Source: Podarcis muralis (taxonomy: Eukaryota). Taken from it: DNA of 64,000 bases. The stretch is from the NCBI RefSeq assembly GCF_964188315.1, contig NC_135661.1, positions 45,198,001-45,262,000 on the forward strand, in the 5' to 3' direction. Position 1 is the first letter of the stretch. Every line of letters starts with the position of its first letter. Positions 1 to 21,117 of the stretch are shown here, in pieces. The position numbers and the translations under genes were made by a program. The notes under the pieces were generated by a model. That model saw only the letters and a list, made by a program, of their open reading frames with translations, ran no database searches and was not told where the DNA came from.

Positions 1-760
1 CAAGCAAATCTCTTTAATACGTTTTCTGCTGAATTTCTGATAATCACTTTCAACTACAAACTGCTCTCCTCTTAGATATTTCAAGGGAGGAGGGAACCCT
101 TCACTAAGAATTGAGATGGGTTGCAGTTAGTTTACCTACATTCCATGTACAGTACATATCCTAACAAATACTGTATGGACTTTGAAAGGACATCAACCCA
201 CCTGTTGTGATCCTTTCCCTGATTATTACTGTGCCTTTCAAATAAGACAAATAAGATTTGAAAAGCAAACATCCCCATGACTTTTAAAGATTGTAGATCT
301 TTAAAATTTTAAGATTGTAGATCCCACCACGGCTCCACTCTTTTGGGTATCAGGGCTTTAATGGCTGTGCATCAAATTAAAAAGGACAGCAGTGTTTCTC
401 ACCACAGATATACACTGAGAGGTGGCAGCTTTGCCTGTTGAATTTCTGCCTACTAAGGGATTGTTAAAGGTTTAATTCTAATATAAAAATAAGTAGCATG
501 TCTATTTTGAGGCAAAGGTGTGCAATCAAAACTGCCTCTGAAAAGCTGCAGTTAACTTACATATCCAAGCTCGTCTATTTTGCTTCTGGACACGTTTGCA
601 CCAATTTGCTCCTGATTATACCCGTTGACAGAGGTTTTCCTTTCCCGGCAGGTGGCAACAGGGCCAACGTCACCTCAAGAGGGCGCCACACCGCGGAACC
701 AATCCCTTTGCCCGCGCTTGCAACGTGCAAGTGCTCTGCACCCTCGGCCCAGGCCGCGCG

Positions 761-768
761 TGACGTCA
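761..768. promoter_or_regulatory. Palindromic CRE (TGACGTCA)
   Basis: Exact CREB/ATF consensus about 180 bp upstream of the probable TSS. Confidence 0.6.
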
Positions 769-919
769 CAGCGCCACCCGCCCTCACGTCCGCCGCGGCC
801 CTTCTAGGTCCTCTATTTGAAGTTGGCGCCCAGCGGCTCCTCCCATGGTGCTCCGCGCGGCCGCTTCTCCCGCTCCCTCCTCCCTTCGCTCGGCTTCGGC
901 GGCCGCGGCTGCCGGGCTG

Positions 920-954
920 GCGCAGGCGCACTGTTCCTCTCGGCCGCCATTTTG
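920..954 (+). promoter_or_regulatory. NRF1-type (GCGCAGGCGCA, 920-930) and YY1 (GCCGCCATTTTG, 943-954) motifs at the probable CTCF TSS
   Basis: Consensus matches. A YY1/Inr-type element at the start of CTCF exon 1 is known from mammalian and avian CTCF promoters. Confidence 0.65.
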
Positions 955-1109
955 TGTCCGAGGCGACTGTGGAACGATTAAACCGCGAGCTGGTGCTGGG
1001 CGCTGGCGGCGGCCGCTAGCGGCGGGGCAGCGGCAGTAGGAGCTCCGCAGGGCCCGAGCGGGGCGGGGCCCGGGGCAGCAGGGGCGGCCCGGAGGCGCCT
1101 CCGGGACAG
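945..1109 (+). other. CTCF: CTCF non-coding exon 1 (5' end approximate)
   Basis: Begins GCCATTTTGTGTCCGAG...CGATTAAACCG, resembling the recalled mammalian CTCF 5'UTR start; strong donor CAG|GTAAGC at 1109/1110. Confidence 0.7.
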
Positions 1110-3493
1110 GTAAGCAGCGCGGGGGGTTTGCAGTCGCTTTCTCCGGCCTCTAGGTGTCACGATGGGGCTCGGGCTGGGACCCGCCGCGGCGCCGCCGATG
1201 GGGAGCGGGGCTTTGTCTCCCTCTACCGTCCCCATCGCCCTGATGCCGGCCTGGTACTGCCGCCCATCGGCCTCCCAGCGCAGCGCCTCTGCCGGAACCA
1301 GGCCGGGCCTGGATAAATAGACAGAGGCGCGGCTGCTTAGCTCGGCCTTGCCCAACCCGCCGCCGCCTCACCCTCTCCGCCGCCGCCAACCACGGCCTGC
1401 TGGAGTGACTCGCTTTTTATTTAACTCGTCCGCCATTATGGAAACGACTAACCCCGGGCGTTCCTGTCCCCGCCAAAAAGCTCTGTTCAAAACACCCACC
1501 CGCCCGCCTTGATCCTGGCCGAGTCGATTGGGTTTCCTCCCCTCCCCCCCGTTTCCCAGCTCCTCCCGAGCCGCCCCCCATTAACCCGCGGCCTAATCCT
1601 GCCACCTCCCGCCTCTTCTGGCTCGCTTCTCGTTCCGCCCGGTCGCCTCCGCCCCGCGTCGATTCCCGCCCGTCTCTGCTTCTGCTTTCCTCTCCCTCCT
1701 CCCCATGCCCGGACGTCCTCGTCCCGTCCCAGCTGACCGTCCCCGGCCTGCTCCGTCCGCGTCCTTTCCCCCCGATGGTCCTGCGTGTCCGCGCTGCCCG
1801 CCTGCTCCCGCCGGCCGCCGCCTCGCTGTGCGCGCTGCGGAGTGAGAGGCGCTGCGAGCTCAAGATCGGGACTCGAGCTCCCTCTTGCAAGGCAGGCTGA
1901 GCTGCAGCGCCATGCAGCGCGGGAGAGCGCCAGGCGGGGACGCCCGAGCTCGCCCGCCCGGCCTGGAACCGGGAAGGAGCTCACGCGGGGCTCCCCTTTT
2001 CACCTTTACCGGGGAAGGTCCTTTCGCAAAGTTAGGATGGTGTGAGTGAAGGGGGGGGAGACTTCACGATCTCACTCATACCCCCAGTCATGACTTTGGC
2101 TTCGACGCTACCACCTAGTCACTATTATCTTTGTGCAGATACTATTCTTAAAGGGGGGGAAAAAGTAATACTTTAAGGGAAAGCCCTCTAAAATTGCCAG
2201 AAAATAGGGCCACTCAATTCCGGAGGTTGTAGAGATCTTCCTTTATACATCCTCATGTATAATCCAAGAAGGTTTGGGGGAGGGGGATCTCCCAGCCCTG
2301 AAGAAGAGAAGTCTATTACTACTTTGACTCTATAGCTTCCTGAAGGTTCTCCTGCGGTTTTATTTTAAGAAAAGAACTCTTTCACAAAGGGAATATACCA
2401 GAAATTTGCATATTACTTTATATGCCTTGTTTTGAAATATATTGCTCTGAATATATGCTGTCAATTTAATCTGAGCAGTTGAGAACATGCTTGAGGTTGC
2501 TAGTGTGAAATTTGTGGGCCTGTTAGATGTATTTATCCAAAGTAGGTTAGGGTGAGTGATAGCAAATTGCCCAAGCCATCCTGGGTAATCTTGATGGATA
2601 AGTCATAATTGCATCACACTAGTGAACTGCCTTCTAAAATAAAATGGGGAGAGGAGGGGTATTGGTCATAGCTAACCAGCTTTGATTCTGACCATTTATT
2701 TACAGTTACATGTTTTTTACAGAATGAGGTGGTCCCTGAGGGGAGATTTAAGTAAAATAATAGACCCATGCTACCATAATTATATTATGCTAGCCCATAG
2801 TTGGTGCAGCATCTTGATGTAGCTAATGCTTCTGTGTTGTCAGTGGCCATCATTGCTGTTTTGCTGTAATAGCTAGAATTCTGCTTGATTTCTAAAAAAA
2901 TATTCTTTTGGGCTTCCAGTATTGTAGTGATTGTCTGAATAGTCATTTAAACCTAAAAGTGTATTCCAAACTAGTATCCCTCACCCACATATATTTTAAA
3001 ACACAGTTCTAAAGTCTTGCCCATTTGTCATTTGTCTGTCACTTTCCAATGCAAATGAGTCATCTCTAAATAACCACAGTAAGCTGTTTTATGGGTTACA
3101 TTCTGTTTCTTATTTTACTTTCAAACTTTCCTACCATGAAAACAGGTGGACCTTGTGTGCTCCTTAATCTTTTGCAGGCTTTGGGCAAGTAGTGTACTGT
3201 ACAAAGTGGTGCAAGGGAACAAATGAATTTGAGAGGCGGGGAGTAACTTAATCAAGGCTACTCTTACATATTCATGCTAATCTGATGGTGTTAGAGTTGG
3301 CTGATACTGGCGGCAGTAGACTCTATTGAGCAAAAGTTAACCTGTTGGGACTAGGCTGCACTGACATTTGAAAGACATGCCTATGTAACAGTGCACTGTA
3401 GTTCCATTTATTTCATTGGGGATTCCAGGACAGATAAAAGAAAGTACTTATTCACATATCACATAGTTAAACTATGGAGCTGTCTCCCATAGG

Positions 3494-3774
3494 AGGAAGT
3501 GATGGCCACCAACTTGGTTGGCTTTAAAAAAGGATTAAACAAATACATGGAGGTCAAGACTATCATCAACAACTACTAGCCATAATTGCTATGTTCTACC
3601 TCCACTGTCAGAGGTAGTATACCAGTTCCTGGGAATTACAGGTAGGCAAAGAGCTGTTGCGCTCATGTCCTACTTGCAAGTTCCCCACAGGCACCTGGTT
3701 ACTCATTGTGAGAACAGGATGGTGGACTAGATGAGCCATTGGCCTGATCAGCAGCAGCATCTTATGTTCTTATG
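3494..3774 (+). mobile_element. CR1 LINE 3' end fragment
   Basis: GTGATGGCCACCAACTTGG...GGATTAAACAAATACATGGAGG...GGACTAGATGAGCCATTGGCCTGATC, ending in TTATGTTCTTATG; a similar 3' end lies at ~51335-51510. Confidence 0.7.
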
Positions 3775-4115
3775 ATTAAATCTTAGCAAATTTCCGCCAG
3801 TATCAGATACATTCTTCCTTTAATAGCCTGGTCTTCTGAGCTATAGTTCAGACTTGCCTGTTGTTATGCTCCACCTCCATCTACACTATGCCAACAAACT
3901 GCTTCTACTTATCTTTTTATCTCCACCTGTGTTGAACTCTCATATATCTGTAAAACTTCCAGAAACCTCCTGGCATATTGAGGCATTCACCTTGGTTTTA
4001 GATCTGAATGTCTCAATTGATTCTAATGTTGCAGTTGTTGAATTCTCAGCAGTACTGCTAAGGATTAAATGTACCCTTGCTACTTCCGTCAAAACTTGGT
4101 GTGTTTTATGAAATA

Positions 4116-4349
4116 CAGTGGTACCTCGGGTTACATACGCTTCAGGTTACTTACGCTTCAGGTTACAGACTCCACTAACCCAGAAATAGTACCCCGGGTT
4201 AAGAACTTTGCTTCAGGATGAGAACAGAAATCGTGCAGCAGCGGCAGCAGGAGGCCCCATTAGCTAAAGTGGTGATTCAGGTTAAGAACAGTTTTAGGTT
4301 AAGAACAGACCTCCAGAACGAATTAAGTTCTTAACCCGAGGTACCACTG
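4116..4349. mobile_element. Tc1/mariner-superfamily MITE
   Basis: TIR CAGTGGTACCTCGGGTTA / TAACCCGAGGTACCACTG flanked by TA on both sides. Confidence 0.88.
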
Positions 4350-5309
4350 TATTCTGAATGGTTGAGCCAATGGGCAGCAGTTTGGGAATCTGCTTCATAG
4401 TTAGGGAACCTATTTTCAAAACTTAAGGTCACATTTAATGTGAATTCTTGTACCTGGTGGAATTCATTTATTTTTGTAAATTTCACTTTCCCTACTGTGC
4501 CATTACATATAAGTAACTTCCAGTTTGTACATTCAGAGGTGATATTGGACCCAGATAAATATGTAAAATAAGAACCCTAGAGTAGCTTCAACCAGCCTAT
4601 TTTATTAGCATAGCTGTAATTACAAAATGTGGTGGCCTTTGTAACATGCAGTATAGAACTCAGGATTTTTAGAGTTTGCTCCACCTTTGTAAAATAAATT
4701 TCAAGCCCTGTTGATTTAATCCTATAACCACTTAGCTGGGGGTTAACTGCTTTGAACTCAGTGGAACTTAGTTCTGAACTGACATGCATAGAGTTTGTTG
4801 TTAAGAACATGGAAAGTTGCCTTATATAAAGTCAGATTAGCCTAGTATTGTCTTCTCAGATTGGCAGCAGTTCTTTAGGGTCTCAGGCAGGGGTCTGTCT
4901 CATCACTTGCCACCTGATTCCTCTTAACTAGAGATGCCATACTTCAGTGAAAATGGTTCCACATAAACAAGGGAACCTCTTTGAATCTCACTGTGGTGGA
5001 ATAGCTTTCCCTCTGGGTACAGTCTTGGAAACTTCTTACTTAACAAGAAAGAGGAAATTTATCTCTGTGTTATCCAAATAGACCTTCTCCATTGTTTGCT
5101 GTCAAATGGCTTAAATAGCATCTCATGCACAGCATTTTATGCTTTTATTCATACCTGCAGCTTCTGAGCTCCTGGAGGAAAGCTAGGTAAGGAAAGTGTG
5201 ATGTTTCTGGACTACAATTTTTTCCATGCCTGGCCATTGGCCATGCTTGTTGGGGCTGATGGGAGTTGTAGTCCAGCAACATCCGGAGGGCCAGAGATTC
5301 CCCATACCT

Positions 5310-5311
<2 letters not shown>

Positions 5312-5340
<29 letters not shown>

Positions 5341-5368
5341 CTGTCTGTCTGTCTGTGTCTGTGTGTGT
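5312..5368. repeat. (TG)n/(TCTG)n microsatellite
   Basis: Direct observation. Confidence 0.95.
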
Positions 5369-7560
5369 ACTCTATCATTGAGTCTGGGGCAACCTCCAGT
5401 TGCTTTCAAGCTCCCTGGAACTTAACAATTTTGTTCAGAGTTCATAGATCTTTGTGTTGGTTTCTTGCAAGCAGACGATCTTGCACACTGAAGCCAAAGG
5501 GATTTTTTTTGCATTGGCTAGAAAGTGAAACAAGGCATCAGCCAGAAGAGTCCAGTTTAAAGAGGCAAGTGTTGAGGGATTGAGATCTTTTCCCTCTCCA
5601 CTTAACCCAGAAGATGGATTCATAAGCTAGTGTTGGAAAATATGTTTTTCCTGCATATTCTCTGATTAATCCCAATGGTGGGTCACCTTGATACCTTGTT
5701 GATTCCCCAGTGTCAAGAAGGAGCATTCATATCAAAAGGGTTGCTCCTAATGGCACCTGATGTATTCTCCAGCTCTTGACAGAAAGATCGTGAGAGAGAA
5801 ACACTGGTTTTGCCCTTGGCCATGGTTGACTGCTACTGCAAGATCCTTTTCAAAACTCTCTTTAAAATAGAGGAGGAGTGGGTGTGCGATTGGAGGAGGC
5901 ATAGCTGGGTAGAGCTGCTATTTGAAAGCACTCCAGTACTCCCTGCTTCTTTGGAAGCAAAGAAACCACATTAGTGAAAGCTTCTAGGGCAGGGTTTTTA
6001 TGGAAGAGGAGCTCTCTGACATTCCTGATCAGTTGGAATAAGACTTTGGGGACAATTTACTGCAAGCTAAGCTAAACAAGGGCTAGTGGGGAAATATACA
6101 TGCTGGATACTCAGAAATTTTCCAACTCTGGTCTACAGTATGTTGAGTTCTTACATGTGTGTAAAATGACTTAAACATCAACTGAAAGCTCACACATTTG
6201 CATACTTTGTTTTAAAGCTTTCATACAAGCTTGGGATCTTGGTCACTTACTGGAATATTTCATTAAGACAACAACTTTGCACAATTGAGAGTAACCTCTT
6301 TTAACATTGAGTCTTCTGATGGCAGTGTCAAAATGATGGGTGCTCACCAGCTTTGTGTGAGTAAGAATCATAAATGTTCATACATTTATCATTGAAAACC
6401 AGGGACAGTTCATATGTACAGCTGTGGAATAACATGAAGATATATGACACAGATCTAAATTGACTGAAATTCTGAATATATCTGCAGCATGTGACTAAGA
6501 AAAAATATGTATAAATTCTTAATTAGTTGAGAATCTTGTAAGCTTCAGTGGGCATGTCTGCTATTAGTTAGGCACTGTTTTTCCTGGTGAACTAAATTTA
6601 CTGCCCTTTAAAAGATTATTGTACACTTCAAAAGCCAAGAGAACAGATGTTCTAGGTACTCAATTCTTGGGTTTGAGTAACTGACTCCCAGGTTTTTCTG
6701 AAGCTGTCTCTGGAGTGAAATGAGTTACTCATAAGCATTTCTAAAATAGCCTTGGCAGAATCCTTAAAATCAGCATTTAACCTAGCAAAGGTCAAAAAAT
6801 GCCTTATTCACCTTTGCGATGCTTAACTTGTAAGCCTTCCTGGATCCAACTAATTGTCTATCTAGTCCAGCATCTTATTTACAAAAGTTTTCAACTAAAA
6901 TTGAAGCCTGAAAACAGGATTCAAGGCAACAGCTCTCCCCTGTAGCAATTGGTGTTTAGAGATATACTGCCCCTGAATAAGATGATTTGACGTAGCTTTC
7001 ATGATAGGTGTTTCCATGAATTTGGCTAACTTTACTTAAAACCACTTAGGCGGCTATTGTACAATAGTGAATCATTGTGTTCAAGTTGAATCTTTTAAAA
7101 AGGTAAAAGAACTTTTTGGAGAAGTATCTTCCATTGATGCGGAATATTTCCCTGGCCCGTACGGGCAGGGGTACCTTTACCTTTTTACTTGGAAATAAAT
7201 GTTGGAAATTTAGCTCAAGACAGAGGGTGCTGCTTTTAGTAAAAAACAGTATGAACATTTTTGGGGTAACTATAACCTGAGTTTTATTTGTGTGGGTTTT
7301 TTTTGTATTTAGGGAACGGCTTTTGTAATAATATGCTCTATCTAACATTCCCTTTGTTGTTATAGTTGTTAGTAAAGTCTCGTTACCGTCTGCCTCTTTG
7401 TTTGCTTGTTTATAATAATCTACATGTAGTGGAGCAAAAACATGTTTGTTGTGAACCTTTAGGTTAACCACTTAATGTCATGCATGATAGCATAATTTTA
7501 AAACAGCAGGGTAACATACAAAACTTTCCCTTGAACATGGCTGTTCAGGCATAGAAACTA

Positions 7561-7819
7561 CCATATTTTTCGCTCTATAAGACGCACCAGACCACAAGAC
7601 GCACCTAGCTTTTGGAGGAGGAAAACAAGAAAAAAAATATTCTGAATCTCAGAAGCCAGAACAGCAAGAGGGATCGCTACGCAGTGAAAGCAGCAATCCC
7701 TCTTGCTGTTCTGGCTTCTGGGATAGCTGCGCAGCCTGCATTTGCTCCATAAGACGCACACACATTTCCCCTTACTTTTTAGGAGGGAAAAAGTGAGTCT
7801 TATAGAGCAAAAAATACAG
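7561..7819. mobile_element. TcMar (pogo/Tc2-like) MITE
   Basis: TA|CCATATTTTTCGCTCTATAAGACGC ... GTCTTATAGAGCAAAAAATACAG|TA; internal inverted repeat. Confidence 0.75.
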
Positions 7820-10800
7820 TAAGCAAGTAGCATTTTCTTTCTTTACTATGTTAAGGAAAATACAGGCTGAGGCAGATTTGGATGCCAGTTAAGTTGTAGT
7901 CAACAGATAGGAGTGATCGCAATTGCATTTTGATTAAATAAATTGCTTTCTCTAAAAGGTGGTACTGTCTTAGCTTTCTGGACCATTGTGTAGCATCAAG
8001 GACTTGAGTATATTCTGTGGATCCAGAGCCTTGTTTGAACTCCCCCCACCGTGATGCAACCGTCCCATTGAGGGTTTTTTTTTAATTGAAGCTGTCAAGT
8101 TCCTTAAATAAATGTTAAGATTGGTGTGTGTGTTTTTTTAACATTTGTATACTAGTAAGAACAATAGCTCTGAAGAAAAATACTACACTTTTCAAAATAT
8201 CATGCCCTATATTTTTGCAGGCATATTTTAGTAGAGCCAATCCCTCATATTTCAGGCATCTGAAGGCAGCCCTGTTTCAGGAAGCTTTTAATGTGTTCCT
8301 TTATTTTGTTGGAAGCTGCCCAGGGTGGCAGGTGGACTAATTGAAATATTATTTCAAGATAGTGCTTGTTGTCACCTATTATTTTTATAATTTATAATAA
8401 TGTTTTTCATGAAATTTATATACCACTATTGCTTTAAAAACCAACCAACCAACCTGAAAGCAGTATGTAAGTGCTTTAAAAACAGCAATCTTTTTTTTTT
8501 GGGGGGGGGGGGATATGCAGACTTTTTAAAATAGGAAGTACCAGTTTAGTTATTCAAATAGTTTTTAATCAATTAATCTAACCTGTTAATTGGTTCAGTG
8601 TTCCAACCCAACTTCTCAAGTTGTAAAAGACAGTTAAACCTTACAGGTTTAAATTCTTAGCAACTTGCCGTGACTCCACTGTAAATATTAATCGGAGATG
8701 CAGAGCATAACTTGAGTGGGTGTGTTCTGCAATGGCCAAGGCTGGAAACATGGGCTTCTGCTGCAGGTGCACAGGGCGAGCCAATCCAAATGAACTCTAA
8801 AATTCACAGAGACAAATTAAAAACTGACAGCATGCACTGCAGGCATTCAGACTTTTCTCTTCTGCCATGGTTTTAAAAACAGAAAAATGTTTCAGAATGT
8901 CTCCAAAACGGTTGATGGCATCTTTTTTTTAAAGTGCTTAAAATTATGCTAAGTGCTATGCAAAAATTATTAAGACAGACAAGTCGGAGGGTAAGGAAAG
9001 GAAGAACATTTAGAAAGATGCATAATAATTCACTAATTTTGGATAAAAAGGGTAAAAGCTATTTTATGGTTCATAAATGTAATTACTACACTAAAGTGGC
9101 AATATGCCTTTATGCAAATTCTAAGTGGGCTGGTTCTCCTATAAAGCCTCACAACTGTAGAAGCCCAAATTGCACATGCTTCCACTTACTGATGCTCAAA
9201 TTAAATGCTGTGGTGCTTGTTGAAGAACAGTATGTTGTGGCCTTTCCATCAATGCTACTATTCCTTTTGTTTTTTTTGGGGGGGGGGGGTGCGCGCGCAA
9301 CAGGCCTGATGTAGTTGACCAGAAAGTGAGTCATTGGGTTGTCTCAAAACTTAGTCCTATAGAGGTGACTTTTAGAGCATCAAGCTAACCAAATACTCCC
9401 CCCCCCCCCGCTTTCCTCCTATGCAGACACATTAGCTGGCCTGCTAGGATATGGAATGATTTATTTTGTGGGGAAGTTTAGGCAAGAAATGTGAGGCTGC
9501 CTCAGTGTTGACAAGCAAAGCAACCCACCCACACTGCAAATCATGTGGTCAGCTTCTGGGCAGGGAGACAGGAGAGCTCATTAAGCGCATGCGTTGAATC
9601 TCACTGTTAACTGTCATGCAGGCGGATGTAATACTGAGATACTCAGACAGCTGCTGGCAGAAAACAGGAAACTAACTTAAAACTAGTGGAATTCATTGCA
9701 TGTCAATTTGTTTTGCATTGCTTTGTTAATTTTCCGTTTCTTAGTTATACTGACACTGAAATCATTATTTTTGCAAAATTTTGGGTGCTGCTGCAGTATC
9801 AACAATCACATGGGTCTCTAAAAGTATCTATTATGTTGGAGGAAATGTGAAGTGCATGGACAAGAGCAGTGTTTTCCAAAGGTTAAGTGTGAAGAAGGTA
9901 GAAAACATTCCTTATACCTTGTATACTCATCAGGACAATCCTCATCCTACGTCAGCCTCACTTTTGTTACTTTCAAAGAGATGGAATAGATCCCAGGGCC
10001 TATTGTAATCCTGTGCAGGATAGTGATGCCTTGCATGTGAGCTAAACACCTAAGCAAGTTAACATATTTAAAGCAAAACAGAAGTTAAGTCATAATCCCT
10101 TCTTCAACACCAGCTACCAAATAGTGGTTCAAAATAGCAGGTTTTTACTCTGCTTCCAAGAAGATACTTACTTGCCTTTCAGTGAATGCAGTTGTTTTCT
10201 CTCCAAGCTAATCAACATAGGATTTTTTTTAGCCTCACCTGCTGTGCAGGATAAAATGGAGAGAAGAGTCATATATACAACCTTGAGCTCCATGGAGGGA
10301 TAGAAATGTAGTAGCAATAGTAAGTGTTTTAGGTGTGGTTTTCTATTCCAATACATTCCAATATATTGTGGGGAACTGGAATGGCTTAAAATGAAACAAA
10401 GTGTTGCTAGAAGTTGGCTTCCCTGGATCATTTGGTTTGAAAAGACCATGCAACATTTTCATCCCAATACATTACTGTACTACCAGTGGGACAATAAAGC
10501 ACCCCATTAGCATATCAGTACAATTTGTGGGTGTCCCCCACCTTTTGTATACAGAAAGAAAACACGCTGGTGACATGTTGAACTTGGGGAGCATTGTGTA
10601 CTACCATGCAGACAAAAATGTCCCGGAAGGACAATCCTGTGTTAATTCTGTAACAAAAAGTACACAGGTGTAATTTAATCCCTAAAGTTTGCATCTGGAT
10701 TAATTTCAAGTGCTCAACTCTGGGATTTTTTCATGGCACCACCAGAGTTGTGCTTTTTTAATGAAAGAGGTTGGTTCATTCCTTTAATTTTAATGTTATC

Positions 10801-11853
10801 ATTATGCAACAAATTGCTAGTGTGGGTAGATGAGTGAATGCTGTGCATAGATTTATTTGCAGGATTACTGTAGTCTTATTAAAAATAACTTTAAAGGTTG
10901 ACTTCCAAATTTCCAGTTCAGATAAAGACTTTTCTTTCCCTCTCTTTTTAAAGAAATAACATTCAATGTTCTTAGGTACTCCAACCCTCTGGGGTTAGAA
11001 TAAGCTAAGATTTTAAAATATTGTTTTAATTTTAACAGATCTCAGATGGGCCTTTCCCCACATGTCAACTGTCTTTTGTTTGCTTTTGCTGTGGCACTGA
11101 ACCACCCACATTACGTTGTCAGCCTTTTTGCTGTTCTCTTCCTGTGAACTATTGACACTTCCACAGCAGCAATTTACTTTGTATTGGCAGTGTCCCAGGC
11201 ACTCAGTTTTAGGTGTGTATCCACGCAACATTCTGAACATGTTCCAGTTTCCCTTCCACTTAGTTGATTTTTCCTGCTTGGGGAAAAGCAACATAAGCAC
11301 AGTAAAGAAGGGTATGGTTGCAAAAGCTGGCTGATCCAAAACAAAGTATTTGGAGGTTGTGCTTTTCTGACATCTTATTTTGGGGTTGCTGCCTCGCCTG
11401 TGCCATTTTGGTACATCACATCACACCTAGACCATTTATTTCCAGGAGCAGCCAGAGCAACTTGCCTTTTTCTTTCACTTTTGACTAATGGCTACTGCTG
11501 AAAGTAATGGTGGAGGGATTTCATGGTGTCCCCAGAGACTCAATCTTTTTGACACTTTTTGGGAGGGACAAAAAATTCAGAAGCAGCTTTGCATTAGCCC
11601 AAAAATACTGTATCTGACTCATGGGATGCAGGAGGAAGAAAGAAGTGTAAAATGCATGTATCCTTGTAGCCTGATCTTGTCCCCCAAATCCTGAGTTAGA
11701 ATTAGAATTCTTTCTCTTTTTTCACATTACAGACCTATATCAAGAGTGTGTAAGGAGTTGTATCCATAATATTTGTGAGCAGGGTTCTTTGTTCTGAGCA
11801 TTTCTTTTTTCAGCAAATGCAATGTGTCATTCATGTCTGATCAGATTTCTTAA

Positions 11854-21117
<9,264 letters not shown>

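Larger units (their letters stand above)
620..2045. promoter_or_regulatory. CTCF: CpG island / promoter of CTCF, spanning exon 1 and the start of intron 1
   Basis: Abrupt GC- and CpG-rich block within AT-rich DNA, upstream of the CTCF coding exons; contains CRE, NRF1, YY1, GC-box and E2F-like motifs. Confidence 0.9.

Noticed and set aside
498-2045. Many overlapping 60-170-aa ORFs in the CTCF promoter
   Set aside because: Expected by-product of stop-poor GC-rich DNA; low-complexity Arg/Gly/Pro peptides with no recognisable domain.
7260-7280. GGTAACTATAAC resembling an rRNA or homing-endonuclease target
   Set aside because: Only about 10-12 nt match, and no flanking rRNA sequence.
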